Shown: piece by piece, positions 26,529-32,000 of the stretch
Numbering within the stretch: position 1 is the stretch's first letter
Layout: every line of letters begins with the position of its first letter
NCBI RefSeq assembly: GCF_018336915.1
Contig: NZ_CP064923.1
Location: forward strand, 4,410,001 to 4,442,000
Reading direction: 5' to 3'
From: Acaryochloris marina S15
GTDB lineage: Bacteria > Cyanobacteriota > Cyanobacteriia > Thermosynechococcales > Thermosynechococcaceae
Length of the DNA: 32,000 nt
Program-made: the position numbers and the translations under genes
Notes under the pieces: model-generated
The model's input: only the letters and a program-made list of their open reading frames with translations
Told to the model about the DNA's origin: nothing
Databases searched by the model: none

Positions 26529-28496
26529 TCAAGGATGGCTGGTTTGGGTGACCGGCGTAAGGTCTTGAGAATTACTAGGCGATTCTAGGGGCAGCGTAAA
26601 ATGAAACGCACTGCCTTGATCACGTCCAGCGGATTCAGCCCAAATTCTGCCATTCATCCCTTGAATGACCTGTCGGCAAATGGCTAATCCTAAGCCTGTT
26701 CCCCCTTTACTACGCCGCAGGAAATCCTCTTCTTGATAGAAGGAGTCAAAGATAGATTCCAGCAGACTAGGCTCGATGCCTCTACCTGTATCGGCAACAA
26801 TGACTTCTAAACAATGATCTTCTGGGGAAATGAGGGCTTGAATATTGACTTCTCCTTCGGCCCCGGTGAACTTACAGGCATTATCTAGAATCCGATTAAG
26901 CACTTCTTCTAGGCCTTCCGCATCCACTTGAATCGTCGGCAGATGAGGATCAACATCAACACTGATCGAGGGTAACTCTTTACTGTTATTGCTCGAACGA
27001 ATTGAACTTAGAGCTAGCTCTAACGTTTCCTGAAACTCAATCGATTCGATTTGGTTATAGATTTGTCCCCCCTCTAACCGAGAGAGAATCAAAATATCCT
27101 GAATCAAATCCCGCAGGCGACCGAGGTCTTCTAGGGCTGTACTGAGTAAGGCTTGGCGAAAGACCGGCGAAATATCCGGTTCACTATCCAAACTTTCTAA
27201 ACACACCTGGATGGTAGACAGGGGAGTCCGCAGTTCATGGCCCACAATGGCAATCAAATTACTCCGGGTTTGCTCTAGAGCAGCCAAGTTGCGGTTGAGA
27301 GATTCCGAATCAGAATAGGCTTGGGCTTGAGTGAGGGCAACACCGGCTTGGGCAGCAATAGCTTCCACCAAGGCAATATCATTTTCATGCCATTGATAAA
27401 TCAGTGGTCCCCCATGGTGTAACTCTAAGACCCCCAGCAACTCTCCCTGATGCCGAATCGGAGCAATCAACCAGGAATGAATCTGCCATTTTTCTAATTT
27501 GGCTGCAAATTCTTTATCCTGGCGAAGGTGTTGAACTTCAAAGACATCGGCAATGGCAATGGCCCGTTCTTGGGCTAAGGCAATGGATAAGAGGGGGTTG
27601 GTGCTAATGGGCCAGGGAGTCCCTTGTAATGAGGGCAAGCCAGGAGCCACAAACTCATATTCAATTTCAACTGCTTCAGCGGCGCGATCGCAACAGTAGA
27701 GAATACACCGACAATGCTCAAATACCTTCCCTAGCTCATTGACGGCAACCGCCAATACTTCTTTAGGATCGAGGGACTGACGAATCGCAGCCGTCATGGC
27801 ATTGGCAAACCGCTCTTTTCGTTCTTTTGCCGATAGGGCTCGATACGCTTTGAGTAATTTGTATTGGCTCGCCTGTAAATAGGTGACCAGTCGCTGGCCA
27901 AACACCCGAGATTGCAAGACGGGCAAAGGCGGAATGGAAGAGGCCGAGGTTAAACAGTATTGCTGCTTAGCCTGCTTGACTTTGGACGCTAGCTCAGGAC
28001 GATATTGGGCAATCCGATCCAACAACAGGCTGGCTGCATGCAGGCAAACGTCCCGCTCAAAGGTCCAAATGCCCTCATACCGTTGGGACTGTTCCACGGA
28101 AGTGAGTATTTTCTGCTGTTCCTGACAGGCTAAGCAAGCCGTGTAGTCTTGACCGACGATAATCAAATGTTTTTCGTTGGCCAAACTATCCTCGATATCG
28201 AGGGGAATAGTTTCGTATTGATCCGATGCGATCGCAAAACTGGATTCCGGTTCAGGTGCCGCGAGGACATAGACATGGTCTGTCTTCTGAGCAATGCGCT
28301 GATATCGACGGGTTTCTTGCCGGTAAAAACGCTCTTGCTGAAAACTAGCGATAACGAGGGGCGCTTCATTGCCCGCCAAAACCACATCCTCAATGGCCCG
28401 ACAGAGGGCATTGAGAGACGACTTGAAATACATCTGTGAACGCAGATCCGGTAAGTCCGTTAACAGAGTCTGCAACAAAGAGTCTAAATTACTCAC
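26529..28496 (-). CDS. Cytoplasmic sensor histidine kinase: N-terminal DICT-like domain, GAF, HisKA, HATPase_c
   Basis: 655 aa with an apparent GTG start. The N-terminus (MYFKSSLNALCRAIEDVVL...LVIASFQQERFYRQETRRYQRIA...VYVLA) resembles the DICT sensory domain. GAF-like region ~aa 240-390. H-box VGHELRTPLSTI, N-box ILDNACKF, G-boxes DTGRGI / GTGLGLAICRQV. No TM helices seen. Confidence 0.9.
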   Translation of the reverse strand: MSNLDSLLQTLLTDLPDLRSQMYFKSSLNALCRAIEDVVLAGNEAPLVIASFQQERFYRQETRRYQRIAQKTDHVYVLAAPEPESSFAIASDQYETIPLDIEDSLANEKHLIIVGQDYTACLACQEQQKILTSVEQSQRYEGIWTFERDVCLHAASLLLDRIAQYRPELASKVKQAKQQYCLTSASSIPPLPVLQSRVFGQRLVTYLQASQYKLLKAYRALSAKERKERFANAMTAAIRQSLDPKEVLAVAVNELGKVFEHCRCILYCCDRAAEAVEIEYEFVAPGLPSLQGTPWPISTNPLLSIALAQERAIAIADVFEVQHLRQDKEFAAKLEKWQIHSWLIAPIRHQGELLGVLELHHGGPLIYQWHENDIALVEAIAAQAGVALTQAQAYSDSESLNRNLAALEQTRSNLIAIVGHELRTPLSTIQVCLESLDSEPDISPVFRQALLSTALEDLGRLRDLIQDILILSRLEGGQIYNQIESIEFQETLELALSSIRSSNNSKELPSISVDVDPHLPTIQVDAEGLEEVLNRILDNACKFTGAEGEVNIQALISPEDHCLEVIVADTGRGIEPSLLESIFDSFYQEEDFLRRSKGGTGLGLAICRQVIQGMNGRIWAESAGRDQGSAFHFTLPLESPSNSQDLTPVTQTSHP

Positions 28497-28902
28497 ACCA
28501 ACAGTTTGCTGAATCTTGCTTAGATTAGGGACAACGGCCTGACACTAGTAGGGAAAGTTAACAGCAGAAAAAAGCGAACTGAGGCTCGTTCTGGCGTGCA
28601 GCCAAGGATGTGCCTCCCCTTATGGCTAACAGGGTTCGGATAACCAACGAAATATAAATTCAGAAATATGAATTTATGATTGACCCAGTACTAGCCAGCA
28701 TAGCGCAGGACGGCGCCCTTAATGCTCTACTTCACTAGACTTAGCCAAGTTCTACACCTTCGACAAATGGGGCAATTTTTTTTCTCAGATCTACAGCTAA
28801 TCCATTCTGTGTTTAGGAGATGTCGGAACAAAGTCACGAGAAAAAGATTCGGATCAGCGTAAACTGTTACTCAATATTTTCTGACAAGCGATCGCATAAC
28901 CC

Positions 28903-30183
28903 ATGATTCAACGAAAAACTTGGCAACGCTTTGGCCTATTAACCTTACTAGGGATATTCCTCAGTTGGTTGATTAGCTGTACACCAGCGCCCCAAAGTAA
29001 TGGCAATACCCTGGATTTTTGGACGATGCAACTCTCGCCCAAATTTGACGCTTATTTTGAGCAGGTCATCGACCAGTTCGAAAAAGATAATCCAGATATC
29101 AAGGTGAAGTGGACGGATGTGCCCTGGGCGGCAATGCAGAGCAAAATACTCGCGGCGGTTGCAGCCAAAACCGCTCCCGATGTTGTCAATCTCAATCCTG
29201 ACTTTGCCTCTCAGTTAGCAAGCAAAGGGAGTTGGTTGGATTTAGATGATGCCATCGACCAGGCCGATCGCGATCGCTATCTCTCTAATATTTGGGACGC
29301 CAGTTCCCTGAACGGTAAAACCTTTGGCATCCCCTGGTACTTAACGGCTCGGATCGCCATTTACAACAAGGCGATTTTTGACGAAGCGGGCATTTCAGAG
29401 CCCCCAAAAACCTATGCAGAATTGGCAACGGCAGCCAAGCAGATCAAAGATAAAACCGGGAAATATGCCTTCTTTGTGACCACGGTTCCTACTGATTCTG
29501 GAGAGTTGATGGAATCCTTTGTCCAAATGGGGGTCAAGTTAGTGGATCCAGCGGGTAAGGCTGCCTTTAACTCCCCGGAAGGGAAAGCCGCCTTCCAATA
29601 CTGGGTTGATCTCTACAAGCAAAAGCTTATTCCACCTGCAATACTCACCGAAGGACACAAGCGAGCCGTTGATTTATATCAGTCTGGGGAAGTGGCCCTG
29701 CTGTCTTCCAGCCCTCAGTTTTTGAATAGTGTCAAAACCAATGCCCCTGACATTGCCAAAAATTCCGTTGCCGCCCCTCAAATCACGGGCTCTACGGGCA
29801 AGAAAAATGTTGCCGTCATGAACCTGATTATCCCTAAAGATACGGATAAGGCTGAAGCAGCCCTCAAATTTGCATTGTTTGTCACCAACTCTGAGAATCA
29901 GCTGACCTTTGCCAAAGAAGCCGATGTCTTGCCTTCCACCACTGAATCTCTGGCTGATCCTTATTTCAGTGAAGTGAAAGAAGGCGACGATATCTCCCAA
30001 GCTCGGGTCGTCAGTGCCCAGCAAATGGAGGATGCTGAAATCTTGGTTCCAGCCATGAAAGACATCAAAAAACTGCAGAAAATCCTGTATGAGAATCTAC
30101 AGCAGGCCATGCTAGATCGCAAGTCGGTAGATCAAGCCATCGCGGATGCCGAGAAAGCCTGGAATCAAACCGTAGGGGCATAG
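28903..30183 (+). CDS. ABC-transporter extracellular solute-binding lipoprotein (family 1, sugar type)
   Basis: 426 aa, ATG start. Signal peptide with lipobox LISC (LLGIFLSWLISCTP). Family-1 SBP features: DFWTMQLSP..., VKWTDVPW, APDVVNLNP, GIPWYLTARIAIYNK. No permease or ATPase genes lie within the window. Confidence 0.9.
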   Translation: MIQRKTWQRFGLLTLLGIFLSWLISCTPAPQSNGNTLDFWTMQLSPKFDAYFEQVIDQFEKDNPDIKVKWTDVPWAAMQSKILAAVAAKTAPDVVNLNPDFASQLASKGSWLDLDDAIDQADRDRYLSNIWDASSLNGKTFGIPWYLTARIAIYNKAIFDEAGISEPPKTYAELATAAKQIKDKTGKYAFFVTTVPTDSGELMESFVQMGVKLVDPAGKAAFNSPEGKAAFQYWVDLYKQKLIPPAILTEGHKRAVDLYQSGEVALLSSSPQFLNSVKTNAPDIAKNSVAAPQITGSTGKKNVAVMNLIIPKDTDKAEAALKFALFVTNSENQLTFAKEADVLPSTTESLADPYFSEVKEGDDISQARVVSAQQMEDAEILVPAMKDIKKLQKILYENLQQAMLDRKSVDQAIADAEKAWNQTVGA

Positions 30184-31436
30184 GTCTGAAGATAGTGACC
30201 CACTAAATACAACGAACCACATAACACTTGCATAGAGGATGTCCCAGATTCAGGTCTATAGGCATCCTCTAATGCTTTTTCTAGGCTAGGGAAGCACTGA
30301 CAACGCTTCAACTCAGGACAAACTGCCATAGCCAATTCTGCTAAGGCCTGGGGTTCGGCACTACTGTGACCGGGTACGGGCACAACCGATAGAGTATCGC
30401 CTGGCCTCAACAAAATTTTCAGGATATCTTGATGATCTTTGGTGGATAACATGCCCATCAGCCAATGGACCTGAGGCGGGTGCTGGCTATCTACATACTG
30501 CCGTAGCCCCTTTGCGGCTGCTACGTTATGAGCACCGTCAATCAATAATGGATGCTGTTGCCAGTTAACCCACTGCAGCCGTCCCGGCCAGCGGGTGTTA
30601 GCCATCCCTTCAATAATGGCTTCATCCGAGATCTGCCAGCCTTGGAGTTGGAGCTGTTTGAGAGTTGAGATCGCAACAGCTGCATTAATCAATTGAATCT
30701 CCCCCGGCAAGCTGAGGGGAAACCTAACTCCCTCCGATTCTGCCCAAGGCAAAGTATCAGAGATGGCATGAGGCGCTTCAATTCGCCGCGCGGGCTGAGG
30801 CCATTGCGCTGGACAATGGAGCTGTTCAATTTTGGCCTGGACCACTGCTGCAGCTTCGGGGGGGAGCGGGCCGATCACGGCGGGGCGATTAGACTTCAAA
30901 ACCCCTGCTTTTTCCCCCGCAATATCAGCTAAAGTCGGACCTAAACGCTGCCAATGTTCACGGCTCAACGAGGTAATCACACTCACTAGGGGCTGATCAC
31001 AAACATTTGTCGCATCTAGACGTCCCCCGAGTCCCACTTCAATCACTGCAATATCCACCTGTTCTTGGGCAAAGTACTGCCAAGCTAGGGCAGTAATGAC
31101 CTCAAATTGAGTGGGGGTTGGGGATGATACAAGTGTCGCCTCCAGATCCAATAAAAGCTGTGTCAGGACTGAGGTCTTGATGGGCTGATTATTAATACAA
31201 ATTCTTTCGGTCCAGTCCACCAAATGGGGAGAGGTATAGCGGCCGACTCGATACCCAGCGGCGGTTAATACAGAGGAAAGATAGGCACAAACAGATCCTT
31301 TACCATTCGTACCGGCAACATGAATGATCGGCACCTGCAGGTGTGGCTGCCCTATTCGATCTAGAAGATGCTGGATCCGCTCCAGGCCCAGATGGATACC
31401 GAACCGTTCGTAGCGATTAATCAGAGATGCAAACAA
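30165..31436 (-). CDS. folC: Bifunctional folylpolyglutamate synthase / dihydrofolate synthase
   Basis: 423 aa with an apparent TTG start. P-loop-like HVAGTNGKGSV, then TSPHLVDWTERI, EVGLGGRLDATNV and IDGAHN, typical of FolC (Mur ligase family). Confidence 0.92.
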   Translation of the reverse strand: MFASLINRYERFGIHLGLERIQHLLDRIGQPHLQVPIIHVAGTNGKGSVCAYLSSVLTAAGYRVGRYTSPHLVDWTERICINNQPIKTSVLTQLLLDLEATLVSSPTPTQFEVITALAWQYFAQEQVDIAVIEVGLGGRLDATNVCDQPLVSVITSLSREHWQRLGPTLADIAGEKAGVLKSNRPAVIGPLPPEAAAVVQAKIEQLHCPAQWPQPARRIEAPHAISDTLPWAESEGVRFPLSLPGEIQLINAAVAISTLKQLQLQGWQISDEAIIEGMANTRWPGRLQWVNWQQHPLLIDGAHNVAAAKGLRQYVDSQHPPQVHWLMGMLSTKDHQDILKILLRPGDTLSVVPVPGHSSAEPQALAELAMAVCPELKRCQCFPSLEKALEDAYRPESGTSSMQVLCGSLYLVGHYLQTYAPTV

Positions 31437-31468
31437 TGAGGGCAGCCGAAAGAAACGAAAGGGAAGAC

Positions 31469-31969
31469 TTAGAGCCCTGGCCCTGAATCATCAAAGGAAA
31501 TGGGACGAGGTTTGCGTCCTGCCTGCTGAGGTGAAATTCGCTTAGTATAGGTCACCGGAATTTGGGAACCGAGACTATTCACCTGTTGATATTTTCGATC
31601 TTCCTCTAGCTTCTGAAGCTGAGTGTAGTCTATCCAGTGAATACAATCCACTGGGCAAGTATCAATGGCTTCTTGGACAATCTCAAACGCGTCTCCGTCC
31701 TGACGAAACACCCGAGACCGTCCATACCCCGGCTCAATATAAAACGTGTTTCGGGCGACATGGGCACAATGCCTACAGCCAATACAGGTCGGTTCGTCTA
31801 CAAAAACTCCTTTTTGACGAATCACTCCGCCCAGCTCAGGTTCAAGGCCAGTGCGCTCGCTATCAGGTCGCAACCCACCCCCTAGTTCAGGTTCTAGACC
31901 CGAGCGCGAGGGGGCAGGTTGGGTAGATTGTGGCATCCCATCGGGGGCACCAGATGTTGAATCAGTCAT
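31469..31969 (-). CDS. Single-cluster 4Fe-4S ferredoxin-domain protein with a repeat-containing N-terminal extension
   Basis: 166 aa, ATG start. Cluster ligands CIGCRHC ... CPVDC. The N-terminus carries a duplicated motif, SGLEPELGGG / TGLEPELGGV. It lies 32 nt upstream of folC on the same strand. Confidence 0.85.
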   Translation of the reverse strand: MTDSTSGAPDGMPQSTQPAPSRSGLEPELGGGLRPDSERTGLEPELGGVIRQKGVFVDEPTCIGCRHCAHVARNTFYIEPGYGRSRVFRQDGDAFEIVQEAIDTCPVDCIHWIDYTQLQKLEEDRKYQQVNSLGSQIPVTYTKRISPQQAGRKPRPISFDDSGPGL

Positions 31970-32000
31970 TACGCATTCCAGCGCTGAACCACTAGACGAA

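Overview
The window looks like a cyanobacterial chromosomal core segment. Supporting signs are about 15 copies of the HIP1 octamer GCGATCGC, a type-A RNase P RNA, ccsA, an Rcp1-like response regulator and a PEP-CTERM protein. I call 25 protein-coding genes (one truncated at the left edge), one ncRNA (rnpB) and several hairpin terminators. I found no tRNA, rRNA, CRISPR array, transposase, integrase or recognisable defence island. Recognisable housekeeping genes are rnpB, rnc, ccsA, tilS, mnmE, bioB, trpS and folC. Signalling genes are an OmpR-type regulator, a histidine kinase / CheY-like regulator / REC-PAS-GGDEF-EAL operon, and a DICT-GAF histidine kinase. The best candidate for a poorly described system is a compact four-gene operon whose products are all membrane-anchored (19124-22605). 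It is built around a transmembrane-fused spermidine-synthase-like enzyme and a DUF4178-like protein, plus two ORFs I cannot assign to any family. Other points worth a second look: a PstS-type binding protein anchored by one TM helix to a ~337-aa tail of T(Q/E)LQ(D/E) octapeptide repeats (12 exact-period 24-nt DNA repeats); a DUF3747 protein with three SPOR-like modules; and two unusually long non-coding regions (9753-10287 and 24508-25513) with promoter-like, hairpin and terminator signatures suggesting unannotated small RNAs. All family assignments rest on motifs read by eye, since no database search was possible. Several starts are non-ATG (TTG/GTG) and uncertain.
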